Below, in pieces: positions 49,589-62,577 of a stretch of 64,000 nucleotides of DNA (positions are counted from its first letter, which is position 1; each line of letters begins with the position of its first letter). Under the pieces are notes generated by a model, which was not told where the DNA came from, ran no database searches, and was given only the letters and a program-made list of their open reading frames with translations. The DNA comes from Selaginella moellendorffii. Taxonomy: Eukaryota > Plantae > Lycopodiophyta. The stretch lies in the NCBI RefSeq assembly GCF_000143415.4, contig NW_003314304.1:316169-380168 (forward strand), written 5' to 3'. Position numbers and translations under genes: made by a program.

Positions 49589-52500
49589 CTAGGAAGATAA
49601 ACTCTCGCTGACGGAGAGGTGGAAGTGCTTGCCTCGAATCACATCGTATTCCTGCCCGTCGAATCGGACTTGGAGCTGCAGTAACCAGTGACTGATAAGT
49701 TCGCATGGTTTCGACAAAGTATGGAAATCTATTACCTTGCTTTTATTGGCTTGAAGCTCTGCCTTGAGACGAGTCATGTCCCTGGACAACAGCACAGCTT
49801 TTACGTTCTCGACGAGCTCAGGATTGTCTGGAAAGAAAAGAAATGAGAAGCCGTATAAGAGTGCATCAGTTACCGGAACAAAGTCTCATCAGAGCGGTGT
49901 CATCGAATGCCAATCTTGTAGTGCAAATGACAAGCTTGAAATCGACATCAGATACACCAGAAAATTCTTCCTCGGCTATGACAACCTGCTTAGAACTCGT
50001 TAGCTTATGTTCAAGTAATCACCACAAGAATTTGCTTACTGGTTTCGACGGCAGTTGCTCGAAGAATAGCAGAGGAAAGCCCAGTGACTCCTGAATGTAG
50101 GAGGCCTGCAATACCGATTTGTTCCCGCAATTGACTTCAAGAATGTGGTAAGAATGAAGCAACAAACCTGAGATTTAACCACTCCACTTAGTGCCGAATC
50201 GGCTGCCATCTTGATAAAAACTTCCACCGCATCAGTCGGCTCCAGTTTTGCTTTCTTTCGCAATTTTTGGATGCGGTTCACGACCTTGCGAAAACATACA
50301 TTTAAGATATAGAATTTTATGAAAGCGTGCAATTATTATACCTCTCGAGCAATTCCCTCCTCGTTGAGGGTATCATCACCACGGAGATCCAGAATGACGA
50401 CAACATCGCCTGCAGTAAAAGGAAGATCAGAGACAAGCACCAGCCTACTGGAATACGTACCATCTCCACCAGCATCGATATCCTCCTTAGCAATACCATC
50501 AGGAAATTTGAAGTCCCTGACTATCTGCACCGCAGAAACGATAGTCCTAGTAGGCAACAATGCTTCAGATCAACTTTACCTTCAAATCTCCAGTCACAAG
50601 AGTCTGACCGGCCAATACAGCTTCTCCGCGCTTTTCAAATTCGAGAATGTCATCCTGGCTCAAATGTTTTACTGCCGCCGTGATTTCGCCCATGGCTTTT
50701 CCAACCCTTTTGCCAAGAGCACTACAAGAGCGTACACGGCTTCAAGCATCCAGTTCAAACGAATCAACAACAAACCTGAAATTTGGAATTGCTCGCAAGC
50801 ACGCATACTTGAAAGGATCATCGCAAGGCTCAAGCTCCTTCACGTTCATTTCCTCGCGAACGTACTGCAAGATAAGTTTTAGCATCTAGCACAGAAAGAA
50901 ATACACCACGTACTTCACCCAGCTTCTCTGTCAAGTCCTCAAGGAACTCCCCATCCGGATGCACAATGATCATTTTCCTGGATTCCGGTGTCAGGCGTAC
51001 AATGTTAAAGTGGTAGATTACCTGAGAGGGGCCTTCAGAGGTAGCTTGTGTTTCTCGCGTATATTGCGAGCAAGCTCAATAACTGTCATCATACGGGATA
51101 CACTTTGTTCAATGCGCTCATCAGTCTAAAGGATAAGCATAAGCATCATCCAAGTTAAAGTACCACAGATCTGACCTCGCCTTGAACTTGCGGAAAATCA
51201 CAGTAGTGAATGCTCTCGCTGGAAACTTCAAGAACTCTTTTCAGATTTTGGTACAAGACTTCAGTAAAAAAAGGAGTAAATGGAGCCATAACTCTGCATG
51301 TTGTCAAAAGAACCTGGACAGCTCGAGGTCATTGACCCGATACAACTTAGAGAAAAGAGCACTTACACTGTACAGCGTTGACAATGCGACACGACAGTCA
51401 TGGTCTCCAGTACGTCCTTTCAACCTCTTGCGATTAAAACGAACGTAAATGTTTGTAAGATTATCAATAAACTTGAGCAGATAAGGAACCACCTGTTTAC
51501 AAATAAGAAAATATTAAGTTAACTCCATATATAAAAAATTTACTTACGGTGTATAGTCGATAGGCTCCCATCTCCTCCCTGACGAATTTCACAAGACTTT
51601 GAGTAGAAGAATTTATCCACCGATCCAGCACATTTGTCGATCCATCCAGTTTACTTTCATCAAGTGGAATAAAAGCATCAAAACCCTCCACTTGCAGTCT
51701 TAAGGCGTTTTGAACAAGGAAACGATATGCGTTGTACCAAGGAAGGAAAACATCTCTCACCTGAAAAATACACGTTTGTTCTTGATGATAGAATCGAAAC
51801 GATTATCTTACCACAGCATGCACCCCCTCCTTTCGGAATTTAAGAGGCTCTGCACGAACTACCGGCGAGTTTATGAGATACAATCGAAGAGCATCCTGAA
51901 ACATTACGACTGATAAACCCACACGTACGTTGAAGTAACACTTACTGCTCCATAGTCGTGTACAACGTCCATGGGAGGTGGATAGTTTTTCAACTTTTTA
52001 CTCATCTTCTTTCCGTCTTCAGCAAGAACAAGGCCATTGCAAATTAGATTTCTGAAGGCAGGCTTGTCAAACAAAGCAGTCGACAAGACCATTAAGGTGT
52101 AAAACCTGCAAAAAGAAGCAATAATAAGAGATCGGAAGCATATTGTGTATCGACTTGTACCATCCACGAGTTTGATCAAGGCCTTCAGCGACGAAATGAC
52201 CAGGAAAGTTCTTATCGAAAAGCTCGCGATTTTCGAAAGGATAATGAATATAAGCGTAAGGCATTGAGCCACTTTCAAACCAGCAGTCAAAAACCTATAA
52301 AAGAAGAAAGAAAATAAAACATTACACAACAGATGGAACTACTCACATCGTCAACTCGGTGCAAAACACCACGGCCAGTTTTAGAAGGAATCGTTATTTC
52401 ATCAATAAAATGCCGATGAATATCAGTTGCCTGCTTTGAGAAAAATAAAGCAGAGTAAAAGAAAGATGAAACAGGTATACCTTATGACCGGATAGTTCCT

Positions 52501-54447
52501 CCAATTCCTTTCTGGAACCTACCACCACCAATTCCTCGCCATCGCTGCTAGCCCAAATTGGTAAAGGTGTTCCCCAGAACCTACTCCTGCTGACCGCCCA
52601 ATCTCTAGCATTCTCAAGCCAATTATGAAAACGTTTTTCCTGAAAAGCCAAGGTCAGTAAAAGTTATAAAATCCTAAGGAACTTCTTACTTTCACAAAAT
52701 CTGGAACCCAGTACGTTTCAGCAGTATTTTGCAGCAATCGGTCTCTGAGCTCCTCGACCTTCACAAACCTGGAAAATAAAACTCCTTACTTCCGCCACAA
52801 ATCTATATACGAACTTTACCAGCTTGGAACAGCTTTGTAAATCAGCGGTGTCTCTGATCGCCAGCAAAAAGGATAAGAGTGCCTTATACTTCCCGAATTT
52901 ACGAGCCTTCCCATCGCCTACTCAGCATTAGCAGCATTAGCAGCATTAGAAATTTACAGTGAAAGCACAAGGCAAACATTTTTACCTTGATCATGGCAAT
53001 GATGTCCTTGTCAGCAGATTTTACATGACATCCACTAAAATGCGTCACTTTGTCGGTGAAGTTGCCATTCAAATCGACGGGATCTGGCAAGTCGCCCCCC
53101 TGAAAACGTAAGAACGTGAGTATAAAACCAGGATCTAAATCGAAGTCGCAGACCTTAGCTATAATACCAGCCTCCATGCAGACACGGTAATCGTCCTCTC
53201 CAAAAGCGGGAGCACAGTGCACGACGCCTGTGCCACTGCTTGCAGTTACGTAGTCATCTGCAACCACACGGAATGCAGTATCTGACAGCTCCAAAAAATA
53301 GTTAAACAAAGGTTTGTATCTGCATGAAGATTGTGTTCAAGAAACGAGTAAAACTGGGAGAAAAAAAAAAGGCATACCGTTTTCCAACTAACGCTGATCC
53401 TGGGAATTTGCTCAGAATCTCATAATCGCTTTGACTTTCTTTCTTGCTACCCTTATCCGCTTTAACTTTCACGGTGGGCAGAGAAGAAAGCAGTGGCTCG
53501 GCCACTATATAGACAGCCGAGGTTGATTTGCTTCTCACCTGAAAAAAGCAAGACAAAGAGAATCTAGAACAAGTCAATAACATATAGTCTGGGCTTACTT
53601 TGACGTAGTTTAAGCTTGCATTCACGCAAAGTGCGATGTTACTGGGAAGCGTCCAGGGAGTCGTCGTCCAGGCAACCAAAGCGGCATTCTCGCTATCATC
53701 CAGGAGAGGGAACGCCACCATGATCGCTGGATCGTCAACTTCCTGCCGTGCACCACTAAGTTAGTGACGATCTTAGAAACTTCACTTGACGAACCTTATA
53801 GTTTTGGTTTGCTTCAAAGTTTGATAGCGGCGTCGTGCACGCTGTGCTGTATGGCATCACCTACAAAAGAAATCTTAACAACAGACCAAAGAAAGAGAAA
53901 TAGTTCTCACCTTGAAGCCACGATAAACAAGGCCTTTCTCAAACAATTGCTTGAACACCCACCAGACTGACTCCATAAACTCCGGATCCATCGTCTTATA
54001 GTCCTTCTCGAAATCAATCCATCGTCCCATTCTCACCACCGTCTTCTCCCATTCCCTGCTATATCTCATCACGATGCTCCGGCACTGCTCGTTATACTCG
54101 GCAATTCCCATCCCCTGGATCACATCCTCCCTCCGCTTGATCCCAAGCAAACCATCCACTTCGTGCTCCACAGGCAAACCGTGGCAATCCCATCCAAACC
54201 TCCTCGTGACGTGAAATCCCACCGCGCTCTGGTACCTGGTAACGATGTCCTTGATCGTCCCGGCGAGGATGTGGCCGTAATGCGGCAATCCCGTCGCGAA
54301 AGGAGGCCCATCGTAGAACACATACTCCGGCCGCCCCTCGCTGCGCTTGAGCTGCGTCTGGAACGCATCGAGCTTGCTCCACAGCTGCAAAATCTCCTCC
54401 TCCTTCTTGGGAAACGAGAAATCCTTGCCCTCCGGCACAGACTCCAT
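49589..54447 (-). CDS. Cytosolic isoleucyl-tRNA synthetase
   Basis: [29 protein letters not shown] (HIGH motif), [47 protein letters not shown] and KMSKK. More than 20 short introns. Confidence 0.96.
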
Positions 54448-54481
54448 CGCGCCGCGCGACGGTGACGACGCAGCCGAGCTA

Positions 54482-54503
54482 AGAACCCTAATTAAAACCC
54501 TAG
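54482..54503. promoter_or_regulatory. Telo-box-like motifs (AACCCTA, AAACCCTA) upstream of IleRS
   Basis: AGAACCCTAATTAAAACCCTAG lies 35-55 bp upstream of the IleRS ATG. Telo-boxes are typical of plant translation-machinery genes. Similar motifs occur at about 10723, 62165 and 63445-63468. Confidence 0.55.
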
Positions 54504-54901
54504 AAATTCCTCGCGCTTTCTTGGGGGGATTGTAGCGCCCTGTGTAGTGGTAGATTGATGGCGCTGGGATGTGGAGGACGATCATAGCTAGCGATCTTTG
54601 GCAAGGCTACCTCTTCTTCTTCCTCCAGCCAGCGTTGCTAGCACTCTCTAGCCCACATTGATAGATAAAAATCCCTGCATCTTTTTCATTCATCCATTTA
54701 TCGATCTAAAGTTTTCACTCACTAGCTCCTTCTTCCCTGATTGAGAGATAGACACGTCCAGCTCTAGCTCTCTCCAGAGATCATAGGTTTTCCTTATAGA
54801 ATGGCCATAGGAGCGGGCACAAATCACACCTCTGCTCCTCTATCGATCGAAAGTTTTGGTTTTTCCGATCGATCGATCGATCGATCCAGGGGCTCTAGAA
54901 T

Positions 54902-55797
54902 CTAGAACTGGCCGCCGCTAAAGGTCTGTCCAAACTGCCAGTAGTCTGGAGCGACATCGTAGGCCGTGATCTTGCTTCCATCGCTGGTGGTGACCTCGAA
55001 GGACAAGCTCTGGCCAGTGAGATCCCCGCCATCTTGCCAGTTTTGGCCCCAGTTCCTCGTCATCGGCCGCCACCCGGTCTTGGATCCCTTGATCGACACC
55101 GCGCTCACGTCCCCGGTGCCGCCAACGTTCTCGATGAGCACCAGATTGAAGTAGACGTGACCATTGATCGTGAATCGAAGGCCTCCATCGCGCTTGCAGC
55201 TCACTCTGGAAGAAATCGAGAGAAGTCAGTGACAAATTCGAGAGAGATCTGGCAAGAACCATGGAGAGGATGGATTGACTACCTCCGGTATTGGATTGGG
55301 ACGTGACCATTGAGAGTCACGGCGATGAGAGCGAACGCCGGCTGCGCGAGATCAAAGTGTTGCTTGGGAGAATCACACCATCCTCCATTGCTTCCTTGCG
55401 GGCACAGATTCGTGGCAGTGACAACAATGGAAGGATTCCCGGCGAGGCAGCCAGAGTCGCCCCAAGAACACTTCACTTCGAAGCAAGCTCCGCAAACGTG
55501 ACCATCGTTAAACAGTGGAGCGCTCAAAGCAGTGGTGAGAACTCCATAGCCAGCGCTCAGCTGGTTTCCATAGCCACACGCGCCATCTATCACGGAAGAA
55601 AAAAACGAGAGATCAAAATCATTGGAACTTACTGTTGAGACTTCACGTAAGAACTTACTATTTGTTCCTGATGCATCACTTCCTCCATAGTAAGTTGCGT
55701 GAGCTCCATCGGTCCATCCTTCATCGCCACGGATTTGGCGAGCTCCAAGGAAGAAAATGGAGAGAAGAAGGCCAGTGACCCGGGAAAAAATTTCCAT
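54902..55797 (-). CDS. Alpha-expansin (EXPA family)
   Basis: Signal peptide, [37 protein letters not shown] and RNWGQNWQ. Exons 55797-55659, 55586-55283, 55205-54902. Confidence 0.95.
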
Positions 55798-56339
55798 GAT
55801 CGCTGATCACTAGATTTGAAACAAATAAAACGGAAGAAGTGTTCTTCTCTTGGAGCTTCTCCAACCTGGTATCAGTTATTTATACTCGCGAACAAGATCG
55901 CAACTTCCTTGGCCTCAAAGTTACGGACCATATTTCGAGAAAAAGAAGAAAAATCAAATGAGCCGCAGTTTGACACAAGCCGTTTGGAACATGCCGGGTT
56001 CTGAGCTGAAAACTGACGACTTTTCGTCAGATTCCCAGATTTTCAGATTATTTATTTAGTTATTTCGAGAAAAAACGAATAGCTACAGTATTTGACAAGA
56101 CAAAGCGCCAAAATAAAATTGAAAAAAAGAATTTCCTGAGCAACTTTTAGCGGAGTTCGGGATGAATGCTACTGTGTTGCTGCTGGGAAGCACAAAACGT
56201 CCGTGAAGCACTTCCACTGCAGCAACCTTTTCAGACTGAGGAACAGGAGAGAGAAAAGTTGGTACACTTGAAACCATCCCCTCAACCGACGTGAAAGCAT
56301 GCCTGCGAGGCAGAGCTTGCTCCTGCTCCCTGACACAGT

Positions 56340-56650
56340 CTTTGTCGCATCCAACATCCAACGAGACGAGGGAACAACTATTTGCCACTTTCAACAGGTC
56401 CTCTTAACTAACGGGGGTTGAAACTTTGTCACTTTGAAAAGTTCTGTGGGGTTTGTCACGGAATCGCATGTGGAAGGGTGGGGTCCTTGGTTTTTCCTTT
56501 CTTCATTGGTAAACATCGCCATGGCTTTTTAAGCGAGTGGATTTTGCGGTGATTCTTGTTGTCTAGCATGTGGTCAAGGGTCAGCGACCCCATTTACTAG
56601 TCAACCCGAGGCACAATCATTTGACTAGAAGTACTGACCACCATTGCACC
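56340..56650. repeat. Dispersed repeat family A, copy 1 (copy 2 about 58725-59100; short variant about 61490-61530)
   Basis: TTTGTCGCATCCAACATCCAAC...GGGGGTTGAAACTTTGTCACTTTGAAA...CATTTACTAGTCAACCC...GTACTGACCACCATTGCAC is shared between copies 1 and 2. Confidence 0.85.
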
Positions 56651-57217
56651 TTAGCAATCACAGAAGAGCATTCTTTCCAGGCAGAAGGAAGTTTGGCTTA
56701 TATATAGTTGAAATTAACCTCATTTGTAATCAAGGTTTAATTTACTTGTACAAGAAGATCTCAAGTACACTCTTGCTAAACAAGCAAGAATAAAATGCCA
56801 TTGTCAAAGTTGATGGATGAATTAGAGAATGAGTTAGAGCAACTCCAATATATGAGCAGACCATAACATGATTATAGGGTGAGAAGCTGGATGGTGTCTT
56901 TTATAAGGTGGTCATCACCCTTTGCAACAACCAGCTATAGATCCATTCTTAAATTTTCAAATCTGCCAAAAAGCAGAACTTAATACTCATTAACTCTAGC
57001 TCTATCAGTGAAAAGCTGGATGGCATATTTTATAGGGTGATAATCAACCTTCATGACAGTCAACTCTAGATCCATTCCAAAAGCCTCTCCCAAATTTTAA
57101 AATATGAAATAGTCATTCACTTCAACTCCAAATATTGAGGACCCTTATAGAGATTTCATGAAAAATTGATTTAAGCGTGTAAACTTTAGGTTAGCTTTAA
57201 ATCATTAACTCTGTGGT

Positions 57218-58722
57218 GCGGAAAATCACAGTAGTGAATGCTCTTGCTGGAAACTTCAAGAAATTTTGGTATAAGACTTCAGTAAAAAAAAGAGTAAATG
57301 GAGCCATAACACTGCATGTTGTCAAAAGAACCTGGACAGCTCGAAGTCATTGATCCGATACAACTTAGAGAAAAGAGCACTTACACTGTACAGCGTTGAC
57401 AATGCGACACGACAGTCTTGGTCTCCAGTACGTCCTGTCAACCTCTTGCGATTGAAACGAACGTAAATGTTTGTAAAATTATCAATAAACTTGAGCAGAT
57501 AAGGAACCACCTGTTTTATTAGGTGAACTCCATATATACAAAACTTTACTTCCGGTGTATAGTCCCCTGATAAATTGACAAGACTTTGAGTAGAAGAATA
57601 ATTCACCGATCCAGCGCGTTGTACCACGGAAGGAAAACATCTATCACCTGAAAAATACATGTTTGTTCTTGATGATAGAAATGAAACGATTACATTACCA
57701 CAGCATGCACCCCTCCTTTCGGAATTTAAGAGGCTTTGCACGAACTATCAAGAAACATTATGACTGATAAACGCTCATGTATGTTGAAGTAACACTTACT
57801 GCTCCATAGTCGTGTACAACGTCTATGGGAGGTGGATAGTTTTTCAACTTTTTACTCATCTTCTTTCCATCTTCAGCAAGAACAAGACCATTGCAAATTA
57901 GATATTTGAAGGCAAGCTTGTCAAACAAAGCAGTCAACAAGACCATTAGCAAAAAGAATAATAAGTGATCAGAAGCATATTGTGTAGCGCCTTGTACCAT
58001 CCACGAGTTTGATCAAGGCCTTCAGCAACAAAAGGAAAGTTTTATCGAAAAGATTGCGATTTTCAAAAGGATAATGAATATAAGCGTGAGCCACTTTCAA
58101 ACCAACAGTCAAAAACCTATAAAAGAAGAAAGAATAAACATTACACAACAGATGGAACAATGTCAACTTAGTGCAAAACACCGCCAGTTTTAGAAGGAAT
58201 AGTTATATCATCAATAAAATGCCAATAAATATCAGTTGAGAAAAATAAAGAAAGATGAAACAGACATACCTTATGACTGTTCCTCCAATTCCTTTCTGGA
58301 ACCTACCACCACCAATTCCTCACCATCACTGCTAGCCCAAATTGGTAAAGGTGTGTCATTAGATTTTCCAAGAAAGACGCATCGCTGGAGAAGCTGGGGA
58401 TGCTAAGCTGAGATTGCTCTATGGTGTTCTCCAGAACCTACTCCTACTGACCCCCCAATCTCTAGCATTGTCAAGCCAATTATGAAAATGTTTTTCCTGA
58501 AAAGCCAAGGTCAGTAAAAGTTATATAATCCTAAGGAACTTACTTTCACAAAATCTGGAACCCAGTACGTTTCAGCAGTATTTTGCAGCAATCAGTCTCG
58601 GATTCACAAACCTGGAAAATAAAACTCTTTACTTACGCCAGAAATCTATATACAAACTTTACCAGCTTGGAAGAGCTTTGTAAATCAGTGGTGTCTCTGA
58701 TTGCCAGCAAAAAGGATAAGAG
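57218..58722 (-). pseudogene. IleRS pseudogene, middle part (copy of about 51190-52880, introns retained)
   Basis: Collinear near-identity with IleRS exons and introns ([25 protein letters not shown]; [11 protein letters not shown]), broken by many deletions and frameshifts. Confidence 0.93.
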
Positions 58723-58724
58723 TT

Positions 58725-59100
58725 TTTGTCGCATCCAACATCCAACAAGACGAGATCACAATCAGAGAAACTATTTGCCACTTTCAACATGGTCCTCTTA
58801 ACCAACGGGGGTTGAAACTTTGTCACTTTGAAAGTTCTGTGGGGTTTGTCATGGAATCGGAATCTCATGTGGTAGGGTGGGGTCCTTGCTTGTTCCATTC
58901 CTTCAGTGGTAAAACATCACCATGGCTTTTTAAGTAGGTGGATTTTGCGGTGATTTTTGTTGTCTAGAAAATTACAGTTCTCAAATATTCACCTCTCTTT
59001 TTATGAAAGAAGATGGAATACTGGTGTCACCGATCCCATTTACTAGTCAACCCTAGGGATGCACAATCCTTTGAGTTGAAGTACTGACCACCATTGCACT
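58725..59100. repeat. Dispersed repeat family A, copy 2
   Basis: Direct repeat of 56340-56650 with an extra internal segment of about 50 bp. Confidence 0.85.
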
Positions 59101-59164
59101 TTAAGAAGGGAGTTTCACTTTTATTAGTCAATCTAACAGTTCAAGGATTAATGGTTTAGTCCTA

Positions 59165-59510
59165 TCTTTTTTGGTGCATTCTACACTTATAACAGTTCCA
59201 TTAACTGATGGCTTTCCACAAGAATACGGGTAACTGTCATTTTTAGCAGCCACAAGATTGCCATTAGTGTTTTTATTTTTAATTTACCCAGCTTCAAATG
59301 TATCATCATTCTGAGTATTCATCCTAAGATTTTTTTCACATTCCCAATCCACCACAATCTTAGATAAAAGAGAACATTAGTTGTAAAAGTATAAGTATCA
59401 CACTGATTCCACATTAATCATTTGTAGAGCCAAAACAATTATTGAAAGTATCATAATTAAACTCTCCATTCCTTACTATAGCATTTAGCTATTGTGTTTG
59501 TAAAATTTTT
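59165..59510. repeat. AT-rich dispersed repeat family B (second copy about 63675-64000; short related piece about 25710-25760)
   Basis: TTTTGGTGCATTCTACA...AACAGTTCCAT...TAGATAAAAG...CATTAGTT...CTCTCCATTCC-TACTATAGCAT is shared between copies. Confidence 0.8.
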
Positions 59511-61939
59511 AGTCATTTTTATGTCCAATATTTATTTATTTATAGACAGATAGTTGAAGATTCTCATTTATTATATTCTAAATTGAATTGAAAGCTTGAA
59601 AATAGTTTTGGAAAAATTTAAAAGTTAGTTACCTGTTGGAATCGGAGTTTTCATCAATCTAAAACCAATACTTTAATTAGAAAATTTTAAAAAACAATCT
59701 GGTCATATTTACTTCTTTCTTAAATTTAACCAATTATAAACTCTGTTTTAAATATATTAAAGTCTTACTTAGTTGACATTGATGTTGACTATAAATTATA
59801 AAAAATGATTTATACAAACTTTATATTAAATAACTATAATATAAAATAACACAAGGTATAACATATTATAACATCTATAATTTATATAATTAATAGTTAT
59901 TTTATATAAATAAATGAACTATGTATACTTGAAGAATATTTTAAATTAAAAATATTGGTAGTGATCTTTACTTTGGAAAATTTTTGATCATTTTTAGAAC
60001 TTTCACTTACTATCTAGCAAATATCTTTCTTAAGTGGGCATAAAGAATTATTTTACTTTGCAACAATTATGGTTTGCCATATTTTAAATTTAATGGTGTA
60101 AGGTTTAGTAAGATGCTATATGTGATATTAACAGAGTGGTGTAAGGTTCAATAAAAAGCCATTTATGATATTAACAGAGTGGGATTCCAGAGCTATCAGA
60201 TTGAATACAATCCAACTTCTATATATAATTTAAGGTTTTGGGCTGATATTATTATTCTATATGGCAGTGAGGGGTAGCTCTTATTGTCTTTTGAGGAGTG
60301 CTTGAATTTATGTTTTATGTTTAAATCTAACTTTTGCATCATTTAAATTTCTCTTGTCTTCACAGTTTGTTTTTTTTTTTTTGTTTTTTTATTCATCTTT
60401 ATGGTAGAGTAATGTATTGCATCCTCCTCTTTCTCTAACTCTAAAATAGTAATTGATTTAGTTACTTAATAATATGTGGTTACAATTGAATAATCAGACT
60501 CAATTGATTATTACATTCACTATGTATGTGAAGTTTGTCTTGTTCTTACTGCCAATTCTCACACTTTTAAATGGTTTATGATAAAGACAATATATCCATA
60601 ATTATCAATATATCCAAATATGCACTTTAAGATATTTGGGAGAAAGTTCCAATCTATATAAATGGTTGCATTCAAACTATTATACCACTATAACCAATCT
60701 AACTACACAATATCTCTAGGAATCCCAAGAAAAAAAATTTAACCCTTATTTAGTCTTCTTTTTTAAAGCTTCTTGCTTCCTGTGAAGTTAAATATGTTAG
60801 TAGATCAAATTAAATATGTGTGATTTTGAGGTTTCTTTCCATTTCCTTATATCTTTTTTATTCATTTCACTTTTATTCCATTTCATCCATTTACTTTTAC
60901 TTTTATACGCATAGTTCTTTATCATTTTAATTTCTTTATTACTATTATAAATTCTTTGATTTGGACTTCCATAAAGGTTATCCAATTCAATACTATTCAA
61001 ATTTAAGGACACACTTTTGTTCTTGAGCCCTTTTTCTTTATATTTGAACTTTTATAGACTGTCTCTCAAATTGTTCTCTTTAGTTGTTTATAATTATTAT
61101 TTTTTTCCTCTTTTATTCATTTGATAATTTAAAGTTAATATAAATTTTACATACTTAAATCAATAAATTTATGCTCTATGCATTCTCTTATAAAATCTCT
61201 ATAAGAGTGGGGTGGCTCCTCAATGTTCCCTAAGCAGCAAAAAAGGATCAAATTATGACAGCAAATAGTTATTCATTACGCTTTTGTGACTGCTAATTAA
61301 TTTTAATTCTGGAGTTGAAACTGTTCATGAGAAATAAATAAAATTTTGCATTGAATTATAAAAATTTAATAAAAACTGTTTAATACTGTAAGTTGTTATT
61401 AATTTATTAATCTGGATGGTACGAAAGTTCACACCGAAATAAGAAAGAAATGTTGGGTTGGCCATACGAGCACTACTGCGTAAGGGGCAAGTGGTCAAGG
61501 GTCAGAGAACCCATTTCCTAAGGTTGCACAAGCAAGATTAAAAACGATGAACGGCTCGGATTTAATTTGAATTACAGCCAGGCATTCATATGGTGAGTTA
61601 ACCAGAAAATGCTCTCGTAAGCACAAGCTTGCACCAAGTATAATGTGCATTGAAACCAGTTGCAAAATTGTTTGCTATCTGTGAACAGCGACTAGCGATT
61701 GTGTACAAGCATGCGTCAGATCGGTGACACCAACTGCTTGGCAATCTCTTGATCCGTGGTTATCTGTGAAACGTTCTCGCAAAGTCATGGTTTCCTGCCA
61801 AAGACATGTTAGTAGCCACTTGTTACCATGAACTTCCGGGTATGAATCAGTTGCTGGGACTATGATCAACGCGAAGAGATGGATTAGGTCAGTTGGACTT
61901 CCTCCGATGGCTATCGTCCATCGCCTCATTCTCAATTCC

Positions 61940-62177
61940 CAGCTATATACTCGGCAATTCCCATCCCTGGATCCGTTTGATCCCAAGTATACCATCCACT
62001 TCGTGCTCCACAGGCAAACCGTGGCAATCCCCACAGCGCTCTGGTACCTGGTAACGATGTGGCCGTAATGCGGCAATCCAGTCGCCAAGGGAGCTTGAAT
62101 TGCATCGAGCTTGCTCCACAGGAAAATCCGCGCGCGACAATGACGAGCTAAGCACCCTCATTAGAACCCTAGAAATT
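61940..62177 (-). pseudogene. IleRS pseudogene, 5' part and upstream flank (copy of about 54090-54508)
   Basis: [19 protein letters not shown] and [13 protein letters not shown] fragments. The flank CTAAGCACCCTCATTAGAACCCTAGAAATT matches CTAAGAACCCTAATTAAAACCCTAGAAATT upstream of the intact gene. Confidence 0.9.
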
Positions 62178-62192
62178 TGTGGGCGTTTGGGT

Positions 62193-62499
62193 ATGGCGTC
62201 GGGTTTTGGGATCCGTGGTTTTCGTGGGCGTTGCTACGATCTCTTCATGGATTTTCGAGAGTGTATGACGCATTGCACGATCCCGCAAGACTGCACGGAG
62301 CTCCGCGAGGATTACTACGAGTGCCTGCACCACGCCAAGGAGGTCCGTGCCCCTGCTCTAGATTTCTAGGGCTCTTGCTATTGAATTGTTCTTCCAGCTC
62401 AAGCGGTGGTACCGGATTGACAAGGAGCGGCAGCGCCAGGAGAAAGAAGCAGCGGCCAAGGGAGCAGGCGGCAAGGAAGAGGAGGAGCACAAATCGTGA
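62193..62499 (+). CDS. NDUFS5: NADH dehydrogenase (complex I) 15-kDa subunit, twin CX9C
   Basis: MASGFGIRGFRGRCYDLFMDFRECMTHCTIPQDCTELREDYYECLHHAKE|LKRWYRIDKERQRQ. Intron 62343-62397. Confidence 0.92.
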
Positions 62500-62577
62500 A
62501 GAACAATAAACCCGTGTAAGATTGATCCACCGGACGATCTTCTAGCAAGAACAAAATTTCGAGCTATTGCTTGATCT

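Noticed and set aside
56343-59098. Reading repeat A copies as LTRs (TG...CA) of a TRIM/LTR element
   Set aside because: There is no matching target-site duplication, PBS or PPT, and the interior is intron-containing genomic IleRS sequence.
59520-61400. AT-rich tract with a Lys/Asn-rich 71-aa ORF
   Set aside because: The ORF is compositional with no motif. I treated the tract as non-coding or unclassifiable TE debris.
61459-61480. Similarity to the 5' end of 5S rRNA (GGCCATACGAGCACTACTGC)
   Set aside because: The match is about 20 nt only, and the internal control region and remainder are absent.
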